NCBI RefSeq assembly: GCF_050701915.1
Contig: NZ_JBOGEG010000015.1
Location: forward strand, 9,569-73,568
Origin: Glutamicibacter sp.
Lineage (GTDB): Bacteria > Actinomycetota > Actinomycetes > Actinomycetales > Micrococcaceae
Direction: 5' to 3'
DNA length: 64,000 nucleotides
The position numbers were made by a program, and so were the translations under genes. The notes beneath the pieces were generated by a model that was given only the letters and a program-made list of their open reading frames with translations, searched no databases and was not told the DNA's origin. The first letter of the stretch is position 1. Each line of letters opens with the position of its first letter. Of this stretch, positions 43,662 to 54,178 are shown in pieces.

Positions 43662-43769
43662 CCATTTAACCCTGAAGAGCGCAAAATCCCATTAAACTTT
43701 TCTCATTTCACTGTTATTCCGGGACTTTGAGCCGTTTAAATCAATGCAGAGGGCATATGATTGAATGCG

Positions 43770-45116
43770 ATGGCAAGGTTATTTGGGACCGATGGGGTCC
43801 GAGGAAAAGCAAACGAACTGTTAACTCCCGAGCTCGCGCTGGAACTGGCGCAGGCAGCATCGGTGGTGCTGGGCTTGAGCCAACCAGAGGACGGCTACAA
43901 GCCGGTTGCTGTGGTTGCCAAGGACCCGCGCATCAGTGGTGACTTCCTGTCTGCCGCAATCGAGGCTGGCCTGGCTGCCTCCGGTGTTGACGTCATGGAT
44001 GCCGGCACGCTGCCGACTCCTGCGGCAGCATTCTTGGTAGGGGACTTGAACGCCGATTTCGGCGTCATGATCTCCGCCTCGCACAACGCGGCTCCGGATA
44101 ACGGTATTAAGTTCTTGGCCCGTGGCGGTAAGAAGCTGGACGATGCGCTGGAAGACGCCATCGAAGCCTGCTTGAAGATGCCAAAGCCACGCCCAACCGG
44201 CGGTGAAGTAGGACGAGTCTCGCGCTTCGCCGACGCTGAAGACCGCTACATCATGCACCTGCTGCAGGCACTGCCAAACCGACTCGACGGCTTGAAGGTA
44301 GTCCTGGACTGCGCCCACGGCGCAGCTTCAGGCTGCTCCCCGGAGGTCTTCAAGGCTGCCGGCGCCGAGACCATCGTGATTGGCGCGGATCCAGACGGCA
44401 TCAACATCAATGACGGCTATGGCTCCACCCACCTGGAGAAGCTGCAGGCCGCTGTGCTGGAGCACGGCGCAGACCTGGGCATCGCGCACGACGGCGACGC
44501 AGACCGCTGCTTGGCTGTTGACCACGAAGGCACCGTCGTTGACGGTGACCAGATCATGGCCGTCATGGCGCTGGACATGAAGGACCGCGGCGAACTCAAG
44601 GACAACACCCTGGTTGCCACCGTGATGAGCAACCTCGGCCTGACCCTGGCCATGGAAGCAGCTGGCATCACCGTCAAGCAGACCGGCGTGGGCGACCGCT
44701 ACGTGCTCGAAGGCATGCGCGAGGGCGATTATTCCCTGGGCGGCGAACAGTCCGGCCACGTGATCTTCTCCAAGCACGCAACCACCGGTGACGGCGTACT
44801 GACCGGCCTGATGATTGCAGCCCGCGTGAAGGCTACCGGCAAGTCCCTGAAAGAGCTTGCTGCCGTGCTGACCGTCCTGCCGCAGGTGCTGATTAACGTA
44901 CGCGGCGTAGACAAGGCCAGCGTTCCAGAATGCGAACCGCTGCAGCGGGCAGTTGCCGCTGCCGAGGCACGCTTGGGCACCACCGGCCGCGTGCTTCTGC
45001 GTCCTTCGGGGACCGAGCCAGTAGTGCGCGTCATGGTCGAGGCAGCTACCCACGAGCAGGCTCAGGCCGAAGCTGAGACCTTGGCCGAATCGGTCAAGGA
45101 GCACCTGGCCCTCTAG
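43770..45116 (+). CDS. glmM: Phosphoglucosamine mutase
   Basis: [31 protein letters not shown] (active-site Ser). The track ORF starts 9 nt earlier at a TTG. Confidence 0.96.
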   Translation: MARLFGTDGVRGKANELLTPELALELAQAASVVLGLSQPEDGYKPVAVVAKDPRISGDFLSAAIEAGLAASGVDVMDAGTLPTPAAAFLVGDLNADFGVMISASHNAAPDNGIKFLARGGKKLDDALEDAIEACLKMPKPRPTGGEVGRVSRFADAEDRYIMHLLQALPNRLDGLKVVLDCAHGAASGCSPEVFKAAGAETIVIGADPDGININDGYGSTHLEKLQAAVLEHGADLGIAHDGDADRCLAVDHEGTVVDGDQIMAVMALDMKDRGELKDNTLVATVMSNLGLTLAMEAAGITVKQTGVGDRYVLEGMREGDYSLGGEQSGHVIFSKHATTGDGVLTGLMIAARVKATGKSLKELAAVLTVLPQVLINVRGVDKASVPECEPLQRAVAAAEARLGTTGRVLLRPSGTEPVVRVMVEAATHEQAQAEAETLAESVKEHLAL

Positions 45117-45161
45117 GCTCAGTAGCTTCCCAGCAACCAATACGTAAATATCAAGAAAACT

Positions 45162-45208
45162 CACACCCCCGCAGCGCGTTCCACGCCGGAACACGCTGCG
45201 GGGGTGTG
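45162..45208 (+). terminator. Hairpin after glmM
   Basis: 15-bp perfect stem CACACCCCCGCAGCG / CGCTGCGGGGGTGTG with a 17-nt loop. No T-tract. Confidence 0.55.
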
Positions 45209-45264
45209 GCATGCTAACTAATAGAAACTGATATCGGTTCGCGTTCTCGGAGAGAAGGACTTTC

Positions 45265-46635
45265 GTGACTTTACGCATCAGCGTGATCGGCACCGGCTAC
45301 CTCGGTGCAACCCATGCCGCCTGCATGGCTGAACTGGGCTATGAAGTCATTGGACTGGACGTAGACAAAGCCAAGCTGGAAGCACTGGCCGCTGGCGTTC
45401 TGCCCTTCCATGAGCCAGGCCTGCCTGAACTGCTGCGCAAGCACGTGGCTTCCGGACGCCTGCGCTTCACCGACAGCTACGCAGAAGTCGCTGCCGGCGC
45501 TGATATCCACTTCATTACTGTGGGCACCCCGCAGCGCGCCGACTCGCAATCCGCAGACATGTCCTACGTGGACGGTGCCGTGGATTCCCTGCTGGAGCAC
45601 ATCACCGGCGAAGCGCTGATCGTTGGCAAGTCCACTGTCCCGGTAGGCACCGCACGCCGGTTGAACGAGAGGATCGCTCAAGCTGCCAAGCCAGGAAGCA
45701 ATATCGCGCTCGCGTGGAATCCGGAGTTCCTGCGCGAAGGATTCGCCGTCCAGGACACCCTGCGCCCCGACCGCCTGGTCTATGGCTTGGATAATGGACG
45801 CGGACTGGAGCTGCTGCGCAAAGTCTATGCGCCGATCCTTGCCCTGGACACCCCGGAGATCGCTACGGATCTGGAGACTGCAGAACTGGTCAAGGTCGCG
45901 GCCAACGCCTTCCTGGCTACCAAGATTTCCTTCATCAACGCTTTTGCCGAGGTTACTGAGACTGTAGGCGGCGACATCAAGGTCCTTGCCGACGCGATTG
46001 GCCACGATAAGCGCATTGGACGCCGCTTCCTGAACGCTGGAGTGGGATTTGGCGGTGGTTGCCTGCCTAAGGACATCCGGGCCCTCCAGGCACGCGTCAG
46101 CGAACTTGGCCTGAGCCAGACCATGGGCTTTCTGGCTGAAGTCGACCAGATCAACTTGCGCCGCCGGGACCGCGTGGTCTCGTTGGCCTCGCACATGCTG
46201 GGCAATGAGCTGGCAGGCAAGCATGTCTGCGTACTCGGGGTGACCTTCAAGCCGAACAGCGATGATGTGCGGGACTCACCAGCCTTGGATATCGCTGTCC
46301 GCCTGTACAACGAAGGTGCTGAAGTCTCGGTCTATGACCCAGAAGGCAACGCCAACGCGGCCGGACGATTCCCGCGCTTGAACTACGTTGATTCCTGCAA
46401 GGAAGCGGCTAAGAACGCGGACCTGACCTTGGTGCTGACCGAATGGAACGAATTCCGCGACCTGAACCCGTCGGATCTGGCGGACGTAGTGGCCAACAAG
46501 CAGCTGATTGACGGACGCAACGTCCTGGACCGCCCTGAATGGCGGAATCAAGGCTGGACCATTACCGGCCCGGGAGAGTACTTCGAGCTGGGCAACATGG
46601 CTCCGGCCACTACCTCGATCCCGGTTCAGGCCTAA
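45265..46635 (+). CDS. UDP-glucose/GDP-mannose dehydrogenase family protein (likely UDP-glucose 6-dehydrogenase)
   Basis: 456 aa, GTG start. ISVIGTGYLGATHAACMAELG Rossmann motif, GFGGGCLPKD catalytic Cys block and FKPNSDDVRDSPAL. Confidence 0.88.
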   Translation: MTLRISVIGTGYLGATHAACMAELGYEVIGLDVDKAKLEALAAGVLPFHEPGLPELLRKHVASGRLRFTDSYAEVAAGADIHFITVGTPQRADSQSADMSYVDGAVDSLLEHITGEALIVGKSTVPVGTARRLNERIAQAAKPGSNIALAWNPEFLREGFAVQDTLRPDRLVYGLDNGRGLELLRKVYAPILALDTPEIATDLETAELVKVAANAFLATKISFINAFAEVTETVGGDIKVLADAIGHDKRIGRRFLNAGVGFGGGCLPKDIRALQARVSELGLSQTMGFLAEVDQINLRRRDRVVSLASHMLGNELAGKHVCVLGVTFKPNSDDVRDSPALDIAVRLYNEGAEVSVYDPEGNANAAGRFPRLNYVDSCKEAAKNADLTLVLTEWNEFRDLNPSDLADVVANKQLIDGRNVLDRPEWRNQGWTITGPGEYFELGNMAPATTSIPVQA

Positions 46636-46646
46636 GCGCTCAGGGA

Positions 46647-46686
46647 CAAAAACGGGCGGTTCTTCCAATTGGAAGAACCGCCCGTT
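46647..46686. terminator. Shared hairpin terminator between convergent ugd-like and nnr genes
   Basis: Perfect 16-bp stem AACGGGCGGTTCTTCC AATT GGAAGAACCGCCCGTT. The A-run on the + side provides the T-tract for the minus-strand transcript. Confidence 0.8.
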
Positions 46687-46706
46687 CCGCTTGCTATGAA
46701 CAAAGA

Positions 46707-48251
46707 CTAGAAGCCGAACTGCTTCATGACCTTTGGCAGGTTCTCGATCAGGCGCGAAGCATTGACAGTTCCCTCCGCAGCTGTCACCCGGCCCAGGTGG
46801 CCATGGATATAAGCTGCGCACGCAGTCAGTTCCATCATGCGGCGGTTAGGTACGGTTCGCAGGCCTTCGGTGCCCGTCAGCGAGCTGTCGGAGAGCATGT
46901 ATCCCAGGATGCCAGTCAGGACATCTCCGCTGCCTGCCGTGGCCAATTCTGGCGCTGAGTGGCTCACCATCAGGCTGTCGCCATTAGGCGCAACGATGTA
47001 GCTGGTTGGGCCCTTGAGCAGGACAACCGCGTTGTAAGCCAGGGCGGCCCACCGGGTCCAGCGAATCGGGTCCTGGGAAATCTCATCGGGAGTGATCTTC
47101 ACTCCAGCGCGGCTGAGCAGCATGCGCAGCTCCTTGGCATGAGGCGTCAGCACGCGAGGCTGCTCGCTTGGGCCGGCAGGAACGACTTCCAGGCCGGACG
47201 CGTCAATGACGGCCGGCTGCGGGCTGGCAAAGACATCAGCGATGGCGCCAGTCGGGGGAGTGCGGCCATCCAGGCCCGGGCCAATAGCCCAAGCCTTGAT
47301 CTTCGCACCCTTGCCGTGAATCTGACGGCGGGAGGAAGACAGCGCTTCCTTGATCTGCTCATCATCCAAAGGCACGGACTCCGGCACAGTGACTGCCATG
47401 AGAGGCTGAATGGATTCTGGCACATGGGTGCGAAGCAATCCGACGCCGCAAGCTACAGCGGCCTTGGCGGTCAGCTGAGCAGCTCCGGGATACAGATCTG
47501 ATCCGGCAATGAGTCCCAGGACGCCACGCTGGTACTTGTGCCGTCCGGCATCTCGCCAAGAGCGGTGCTGGTCCAGCAGCTCGCGGGTAGCCAGCTCGTC
47601 CACAAGCTGCGTTCCAGCCTGGACGGAAGAAAAGTCGAATTCGAGATCAGCCACGGTAATGTCACCAGTAACCAGCGGTCCGTCTACAGACAGAAGACCG
47701 GACTTCATGGCACCGAAAGTTACCGTGCGTTCTGCGCGAAGAACGGAGTCCTGCGCAACGCCGGTTTCGGGATTCAATCCTGATGGAATATCGCAGGCCA
47801 GCACCCGTGCGCCAGCGGGCAGTGGCGGCAAGGCAGAGCCGGCATGGTATCCAAGGCCGTAGATGGCGTCGATGATGAGCGAAGCATTAGCCAGTTCGCC
47901 TTGACCGTCGGCGAGATCAAGCACGGTGCCGCCGGCAGCTTGATACGCTGCAGCGGCTTCGGCATGGATTTGTTCGTGGCACTGCAGGGCCAACGTGGAA
48001 ATCTTCTGCAGTTGGAGCTCTGCAAGTGCATACAAGCCATCGCCACCGTTGTTGCCCGGGCCGATGAGCGCCACCGCGAAAGCCGGTTCGACGCTGGAAT
48101 TTTCAGTCAGCATGGCGACTGCCGTTGAAGCCAAATGGGCGGCCGCTTGCTTCATTAAGCTGGTCTCGCCCCGCTTGGAGTTCTCCTGGGCTTCAACCGC
48201 ACGAATTTGCGCAACACTGTAGACAGGAATCATAAGACAAACAATACTCAA
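46707..48251 (-). CDS. nnr: Bifunctional NAD(P)H-hydrate epimerase / ADP-dependent dehydratase (YjeF family)
   Basis: 514 aa. N-terminal YjeF_N block GPGNNGGDG and C-terminal carbohydrate-kinase block GSGDVLTG. Start uncertain: TTG 48251 or ATG 48233. Confidence 0.88.
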   Translation of the reverse strand: MSIVCLMIPVYSVAQIRAVEAQENSKRGETSLMKQAAAHLASTAVAMLTENSSVEPAFAVALIGPGNNGGDGLYALAELQLQKISTLALQCHEQIHAEAAAAYQAAGGTVLDLADGQGELANASLIIDAIYGLGYHAGSALPPLPAGARVLACDIPSGLNPETGVAQDSVLRAERTVTFGAMKSGLLSVDGPLVTGDITVADLEFDFSSVQAGTQLVDELATRELLDQHRSWRDAGRHKYQRGVLGLIAGSDLYPGAAQLTAKAAVACGVGLLRTHVPESIQPLMAVTVPESVPLDDEQIKEALSSSRRQIHGKGAKIKAWAIGPGLDGRTPPTGAIADVFASPQPAVIDASGLEVVPAGPSEQPRVLTPHAKELRMLLSRAGVKITPDEISQDPIRWTRWAALAYNAVVLLKGPTSYIVAPNGDSLMVSHSAPELATAGSGDVLTGILGYMLSDSSLTGTEGLRTVPNRRMMELTACAAYIHGHLGRVTAAEGTVNASRLIENLPKVMKQFGF

Positions 48252-48316
48252 GGCTCCTGTGCGATGCCCTATTTAATGAGATACGTGTCGTTATTCTTTC
48301 GTCGTGGCGTTGGTGC

Positions 48317-48667
48317 CTAGCGCTCGGCAACCACCATGGCGATAGCCATGTCGCCATCATGGGACATGGTCAAATGCCACGACTTGATACCGCGCAACTC
48401 GCTGGCAGCGGCAACTGAACCGGTGTTGTGAATCTGGGGGTCACCGGCTTCATCCTTGCGGATGGTGCAGTCCTGCCAGTTCATGCCTGCAGGAGCGCCT
48501 AGCGCCTTGGCAATGGCTTCCTTGGCTGCGAAGCGGGCTGCTAGGGAACGCAGGGGCAGTTCCCGTTCTTCTTCGGTGAAGAGCCGTTCACGCAAACGCG
48601 GAGTCTTCTCAAGCTGACGTCCAAAACGTGGCACATCAACAATGTCCACTCCAATACCTGCAATCAT
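48317..48667 (-). CDS. acpS: Holo-[acyl-carrier-protein] synthase
   Basis: 116 aa. [27 protein letters not shown]. Confidence 0.93.
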   Translation of the reverse strand: MIAGIGVDIVDVPRFGRQLEKTPRLRERLFTEEERELPLRSLAARFAAKEAIAKALGAPAGMNWQDCTIRKDEAGDPQIHNTGSVAAASELRGIKSWHLTMSHDGDMAIAMVVAER

Positions 48668-48697
48668 GCCTATCAGTTTATCCAGTGCTTGCAGGGC

Positions 48698-48739
48698 AAA
48701 AAAATTGCGGGCATTCCCGAAAAGGGAATGCCCGCAATT
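48698..48739 (-). terminator. Intrinsic terminator after glmS (minus strand)
   Basis: Perfect 16-bp stem AATTGCGGGCATTCCC / GGGAATGCCCGCAATT (48703-48739) with a 5-nt loop. On the minus strand it is followed by T7 (48698-48704). Ends only about 30 nt before the acpS start. Confidence 0.88.
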
Positions 48740-48754
48740 ATGGTACTTGGTGGA

Positions 48755-50626
48755 TTACTCCACGGTCACCGACTTGGCCAGGTTGCGTGGCTGGTCGACA
48801 TCGAAGCCCTTCGCGGATGCCAGTTCGCAAGCGAAGATCTGCAGTGGCACGGTGGCCAGCAGAGGCATCAGCAGGGTTGGGGTCTCTGGTACGTAGAAGA
48901 CCCACTCGGAGAAGTCCTTGACCGCAGCATCGCCATCTTCGGCAATAACCAGGGTCTTAGCGCCACGGGCGCGGACTTCCTGGATGTTGGAGACAACCTT
49001 GGAGTGCAGCGAGTCGCGACCACGAGGGGAAGGAACTACTACGAACACTGGCTGGCCATCGTCGATCAGGGCGATAGGACCGTGCTTCAGCTCGCCAGCG
49101 GCGAAGCCTTCAGCATGGATGTAGGCGATTTCCTTGAGCTTCAAGGCGCCTTCCATTGCTACCGGGTAGCCTACGTGGCGGCCCAGGAACAGCACGGAGT
49201 TGGCATCCGACATGTTGCGTGCCAGATCCTTGATTTCTTCCGCGCGGTCCAGGATGTCCTGGATCTTGGAAGGGATCTTGCCCAGGTCGGCAAGGATGTC
49301 CTTGATCTGGCCCTGGAACAGGTTGCCGCGCAGCTGCGCCAGGTACAGGCCCAGCAGGTAGGTTGCGGTGATCTGCGCCAGGAATGCCTTGGTAGAAGCC
49401 ACAGCGATTTCCGGACCGGCGTGGGTGTACAGCACTGCATCCGACTCGCGTGGGATGGTCGATCCGTTGGTGTTGCAGATCGACATGGTCTTGGCGCCCT
49501 GCTCCTTGGCGTAACGCACGGCCATCAAGGTGTCCATGGTCTCGCCGGACTGGGAGATCGAAACGATCAGGGTCTTCTCGTCCACGATGGGCTCGCGGTA
49601 GCGGAACTCGTGGGAGAGTTCAACCTCTACCGGGATACGGCACCAGGATTCGATAGCGTACTTGGCGACGGAGCCGGCGTATGCCGAGGTGCCGCAAGCA
49701 AGAACAACAATCTTGGAGATTTCGGCCAGTTCCTCTGGAGCGATACGCAGTTCGTCCAGGGTCAGGCGGCCATCAGCGTCCGAGCGGCCCAGCAGGGTGT
49801 CGGCAACAGCTGCAGGCTGGTCGAAGATTTCCTTCTCCATGAAGGATGGGAAGCCGCCCTTTTCAGCGCTGGCTGCATCCCAGTCAACGGTGAATTCCTT
49901 GCCTTCGGCCGGGTTGCCGTCGAAGTCGGTGATGTAGTGGTTATCCGGGGTGATGGTAACGATCTGGTCCTGGCCCAGCTCTACGGCACGACGGGTGAAG
50001 TCGATGAAGCCGGAGACATCCGAACCCAGGAAGTTCTCGCCATCGCCCAGGCCCAGAACCAGAGGGGAATTGCGGCGAGCCGCAACTACAACACCTGGGT
50101 GGTCCTGGTGAACTGCCAAGAGGGTGAAAGCACCTTCGAGCTGCTGAACAGCAAGCTGCATGGCGTGGGTCAAATCGCCCTCGGCCTCAGAGCTGTAGAG
50201 CTTGCCCAGCAGAGCTGCGGCAACCTCGGTATCGGTATCCGAGAGTAATTCAACGCCCTCGGCTGCCAAGCCGGCCTTGATGCCGGCGAAGTTTTCAATA
50301 ATTCCGTTGTGGATCATGGCAAGCTTGCCACCATCGGCCAGATGTGGGTGAGCGTTCTGGTCGCTCGGTCCACCGTGGGTTGCCCAACGGGTATGCCCAA
50401 TGCCGGTCATCGACTTAGGCAATGGGGACTCGGCAATTTCATTTTCCAGATTGACCAGCTTGCCGGCCTTCTTACGAGAATGAATGGCGCCATCGGCAAC
50501 AACAGCGACACCAGCCGAGTCGTAGCCGCGGTATTCCAACCGACGCAAACCTTCAATTAGAACGTCGAGGGCGCCATGATCGGCGACCTGGCTCGAGGTT
50601 CCTGCATATCCAACAATTCCGCACAT
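48755..50626 (-). CDS. glmS: Glutamine--fructose-6-phosphate aminotransferase
   Basis: 623 aa. MCGIVGY N-terminal nucleophile and C-terminal ..LAKSVTVE. Confidence 0.98.
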   Translation of the reverse strand: MCGIVGYAGTSSQVADHGALDVLIEGLRRLEYRGYDSAGVAVVADGAIHSRKKAGKLVNLENEIAESPLPKSMTGIGHTRWATHGGPSDQNAHPHLADGGKLAMIHNGIIENFAGIKAGLAAEGVELLSDTDTEVAAALLGKLYSSEAEGDLTHAMQLAVQQLEGAFTLLAVHQDHPGVVVAARRNSPLVLGLGDGENFLGSDVSGFIDFTRRAVELGQDQIVTITPDNHYITDFDGNPAEGKEFTVDWDAASAEKGGFPSFMEKEIFDQPAAVADTLLGRSDADGRLTLDELRIAPEELAEISKIVVLACGTSAYAGSVAKYAIESWCRIPVEVELSHEFRYREPIVDEKTLIVSISQSGETMDTLMAVRYAKEQGAKTMSICNTNGSTIPRESDAVLYTHAGPEIAVASTKAFLAQITATYLLGLYLAQLRGNLFQGQIKDILADLGKIPSKIQDILDRAEEIKDLARNMSDANSVLFLGRHVGYPVAMEGALKLKEIAYIHAEGFAAGELKHGPIALIDDGQPVFVVVPSPRGRDSLHSKVVSNIQEVRARGAKTLVIAEDGDAAVKDFSEWVFYVPETPTLLMPLLATVPLQIFACELASAKGFDVDQPRNLAKSVTVE

Positions 50627-50721
50627 GGGAAAAATCCTACCGGTTCAATGCCCATCGATGGGAATAATCGTGTCGGAGCACTCAAAATTACCTATGTCTT
50701 AGATCACCAGTTGGCCGGTTT

Positions 50722-51753
50722 TTGCCTAAACCAATAGCCCTGTTGATCTTGTTAATTGGGATGTGGAGCATATTCTTGGCAGAATTTACCCTCGTGGAAC
50801 CACACGGAACACTTGAAACGCCCATCTCGCCTTTTGTTGAACTGGAGCGCGAGACGTGGGCGCGACTGTCCAATCAAATGGAACAGCCGCTGAACTACTC
50901 GGACATTGAACGGCTACGTGGCCTCGGTGATCAGCTGGACTTGCAAGAGGTCCGGGACGTTTACCTGCCGCTGAGCCGCCTGCTGTCGCTTTATGTTGAG
51001 GGTGCCGGCGCAACGCATCAGGCAACCACTACCTTCTTGGGCGAGCAGACCAGCCGCACGCCTTTTGTCATCGGCGTCGCCGGCTCGGTTGCCGTGGGGA
51101 AGTCCACAACTGCACGTGTACTGCAGGAAATGCTGCGCCGCTGGCCGCATACTCCCGATGTCCAGCTCATAACCACCGATGGTTTCTTGTACCCGAATGC
51201 CGAGCTGGAGCGCCGCGGGATCATGCACCGCAAGGGTTTCCCCGAATCCTATGACCGGCGCGCGCTGCTGCGCTTTGTCTCGGCGGTAAAGTCTGGCGCC
51301 CCAGAAGTAAGTGCCCCGGTCTACTCGCACCTGACCTACGACATCATCCCGGGGGAGCGTAACGTAATCCGCTCACCGCAGGTATTGATTGTCGAGGGGC
51401 TGAACGTATTGCAACCCGCTCGAACCCGCTCCGACGGAACTGTGGGCCTGGCGCTGAGCGACTTCTTCGACTTCTCCGTATATGTGGATGCACGTACGGC
51501 GGATATCGAAGAGTGGTACATCAAGAGATTCATGCGTCTGCGCTCAGGTGCCTTCTCTGACCCCGCCAGCTACTTCCACCGCTATGCACAGCTCACTGAT
51601 GTTGAAGCGCGGGAAACTGCTCACAGTATTTGGAAGCGCATTAACGAGCCGAACCTCAAGGAAAACGTCCTGCCTACGCGCGGGCGAGCTCAGCTGGTAC
51701 TGCGCAAGGCGGCGGATCATTCGGTGCGCCGGATGCTATTGAGGAAAATCTAG
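50722..51753 (+). CDS. coaA: Type I pantothenate kinase
   Basis: P-loop [18 protein letters not shown], and the [14 protein letters not shown] region parallels the N-terminus of E. coli CoaA. Start uncertain: TTG 50722, ATG 50761 or GTG 50794. Confidence 0.9.
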   Translation: MPKPIALLILLIGMWSIFLAEFTLVEPHGTLETPISPFVELERETWARLSNQMEQPLNYSDIERLRGLGDQLDLQEVRDVYLPLSRLLSLYVEGAGATHQATTTFLGEQTSRTPFVIGVAGSVAVGKSTTARVLQEMLRRWPHTPDVQLITTDGFLYPNAELERRGIMHRKGFPESYDRRALLRFVSAVKSGAPEVSAPVYSHLTYDIIPGERNVIRSPQVLIVEGLNVLQPARTRSDGTVGLALSDFFDFSVYVDARTADIEEWYIKRFMRLRSGAFSDPASYFHRYAQLTDVEARETAHSIWKRINEPNLKENVLPTRGRAQLVLRKAADHSVRRMLLRKI

Positions 51754-51863
51754 GCTTCTTCAGCTGATATTTAAGCAAACGAATTCTGTGAATTTGCCGA
51801 ACTATTACAGATCGGACCCCGAATTCGTAGTGGTGCTGTGTTTTTCCTGTGTATGCTCTAACC

Positions 51864-52262
51864 ATGCTAAAAGGTTTCCGCGATTTTATTATGAAGGGCA
51901 ACGTTGTCGATCTGGCCGTTGCTGTTGTTATCGGTGCTGCCTTCGGCGCCGTCATCACCGCTCTGGTTGACAATGTGCTGATGCCATTGATCGCCGCACT
52001 GGTTGGTTCTCCAAACTTCGACAGCTTCCTGCTGTTGAACATCAATGGCGTTGACATCAAGTTCGGTGTCTTCCTGACTGCATTGGTCAACTTCCTGCTG
52101 ATTGCTGCAGCTGTCTACTTCGCACTGGTTATGCCTATGACCAAGCTCAACGAGCGTATGGCTGCACGTCGTGCTGCCGGCGTAGAAGTGCCAGAGGAAG
52201 AAGTAGATCCACAGCTGGAGCTGCTCGCCCAGATCCGCGACGAGTTGAAGACTCTGCGCTAA
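51864..52262 (+). CDS. mscL: Large-conductance mechanosensitive channel
   Basis: MLKGFRDFIMKGNVVDLAVAVVIGAAFG.. from ATG 51864. The track ORF starts 15 nt earlier. Confidence 0.93.
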   Translation: MLKGFRDFIMKGNVVDLAVAVVIGAAFGAVITALVDNVLMPLIAALVGSPNFDSFLLLNINGVDIKFGVFLTALVNFLLIAAAVYFALVMPMTKLNERMAARRAAGVEVPEEEVDPQLELLAQIRDELKTLR

Positions 52263-52407
52263 GCACTGACAAACATCCGTCTCCAAGGAGCGGGCCCGAA
52301 CAACAAAGTTGTTTCGGCCCGTTCCTTCCGACTTTAACCAGCACTATGTGCCGAACTGCGCATGGGTGAACAAGGCAAGCGGAACCGAAAAGTGCGAAGA
52401 TGAATAG

Positions 52408-53607
52408 GTGAACTCTGAAGCGCTTGAAGAAAGCAACCTGACAAACAGCACCAGCAGTGCACAGGCTATCGGATTTGAACGCCGTGCAGTCATTGACCTG
52501 TCGGCCATCCGCAACAACGTCAAGCAGATTTCTGATGTTGTAGCCCCCGCTGCAGTAATGGCCGTCGTCAAAGCAGACGCCTACGGGCACGGAGCCATCC
52601 CGGTAGCCAAGGCCGCCTTGGAAGGCGGAGCCCGCTGGATCGGGTGCGCCCATGTCACTGAAGCACTCGCCCTGCGTGAAGCTGGCATCGATGCGCCGAT
52701 GATGGCCTGGTTGCACACCGAAGACACTCCATTCGAGGCAGCAATTGATGCGGGACTTGACCTCGGCGTCTCCGGTTGGGAACTGGAATACGTTGCCGCC
52801 GCAGCCCGTGCCGTGCAGACTCCGGCACGGATCCACATCAAGGTAGATACCGGACTTGGCCGCAATGGCTCCACCATGGATGCCCTGCCTGACCTGTTGA
52901 ACCGCGCCAGCGACTTCCAAGAAGAAGGACTGTTGCGCGTCATTGGCATCTTCTCCCACCTGGCAGTGGCAGACGAGCCCGAGCGCCCGGAAACCGATGA
53001 GCAACTGGATATCTTCAACAAAGCCATAGAACTGGTTGAAGGTGCAGGCTTCAATTTGGAAGTGCGTCACATCGCCAACACGCCGGGCATTCTTTCCCGC
53101 CCGGATTCACACCATGAAATGGTTCGCCTCGGTCTGGGCCTGTATGGCTTGAGCCCTTTTGAAGAGGAATCCCCGGAGAGCTTTGGACTGCGCCCAGCCA
53201 TGACGGTGAAGACCCGTGTTGCCAACGTCAAGAAGGTCCACCCGGGGCAGGGAGTTTCCTACGGCCTGAATTACAAGACCGAGGGAGAGACCCACCTTGG
53301 CCTGATCCCCATGGGCTACGCAGATGGCTTGCCGCGGATCGCCACCGGTGCACCTGTGACAGTTAACGGACGCACCTACCCGGTGCGCGGTCGCATTGCC
53401 ATGGACCAGTGCGTCATTGATTTGGGCGCAGACATCAACCCCGAGGAATTCCTTGGAGCTGAAGCGATTATCTTCGGTGAAGGCGGGCAGTCCGTGAATA
53501 CCTGGGCCTATGCTGCGAACACCATCAACTACGAAGTGGTGACCCGTATTTCGCCACGCGTGCCTCGCTACTACATTGAAGGCAGCTGGGGTGAAGCCGG
53601 TGAGTGA
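52408..53607 (+). CDS. alr: Alanine racemase
   Basis: 399 aa. PLP-lysine block AVVKADAYGHG and C-terminal YEVVTRISPRVPR. Exact start uncertain. Confidence 0.93.
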   Translation: MNSEALEESNLTNSTSSAQAIGFERRAVIDLSAIRNNVKQISDVVAPAAVMAVVKADAYGHGAIPVAKAALEGGARWIGCAHVTEALALREAGIDAPMMAWLHTEDTPFEAAIDAGLDLGVSGWELEYVAAAARAVQTPARIHIKVDTGLGRNGSTMDALPDLLNRASDFQEEGLLRVIGIFSHLAVADEPERPETDEQLDIFNKAIELVEGAGFNLEVRHIANTPGILSRPDSHHEMVRLGLGLYGLSPFEEESPESFGLRPAMTVKTRVANVKKVHPGQGVSYGLNYKTEGETHLGLIPMGYADGLPRIATGAPVTVNGRTYPVRGRIAMDQCVIDLGADINPEEFLGAEAIIFGEGGQSVNTWAYAANTINYEVVTRISPRVPRYYIEGSWGEAGE

Positions 53608-54178
53608 CCGGGTGCAGGAATTCTCCTGCCAGCTAGATGACCTCACCGTCACCGAAGCACTGGGTGAGGCCCTAGGTACTCAGCTCAACGCCGGAGACCT
53701 GGTCATTCTTACCGGGGCACTGGGCGCTGGCAAGACAACGCTGACCCAGTCACTGGGCGTGGGGCTGAACGTGCGTGAAGGAATCATCTCCCCGACGTTC
53801 GTTCTGGCTCGCCAGCACCCATCGATGGGGGAGGGCCCTGGACTGATCCACGTGGATGCCTACCGCCTGAAGGGCCACGACGACGTGGACACCCTGGATC
53901 TTGAATCCACGTTGGCCGACTCGGTTACCGTTGTGGAATGGGGCTTGGGGAAGGTGGAACACCTTACGGATTCACGCCTGGAAATCCAGCTGGATCGCGA
54001 AGCCCTGGCCGCACCGAGTGCTAACCCGTGGGAAGAATCCGAGGAGGAACTGGACGAGCCACGGCTGTTCAGCCTGAAGGCTATCGGCCCGCGCTGGGAC
54101 GGGAACACCTTTGCCCAGTTGAAAGATTCATTGCTGTCTGCGATTGCCGCACAGCGCACGGAAGAAAAACATGCCTAA
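53576..54178 (+). CDS. tsaE: tRNA t6A37 biosynthesis ATPase TsaE
   Basis: LTGALGAGKTTLTQSLG P-loop plus SPTFVLARQH. The true start is likely a GTG at 53591 or 53600, overlapping the alr stop. Confidence 0.88.
   Translation: MKAAGVKPVSDRVQEFSCQLDDLTVTEALGEALGTQLNAGDLVILTGALGAGKTTLTQSLGVGLNVREGIISPTFVLARQHPSMGEGPGLIHVDAYRLKGHDDVDTLDLESTLADSVTVVEWGLGKVEHLTDSRLEIQLDREALAAPSANPWEESEEELDEPRLFSLKAIGPRWDGNTFAQLKDSLLSAIAAQRTEEKHA

Noticed and set aside
50627-50721. glmS ribozyme upstream of glmS
   Set aside because: Only about 95 nt separate the glmS start from the divergent coaA ORF, which is too short for the ribozyme of roughly 170 nt or more as I recall it. I see none of its conserved core. It is also not expected in this phylum.
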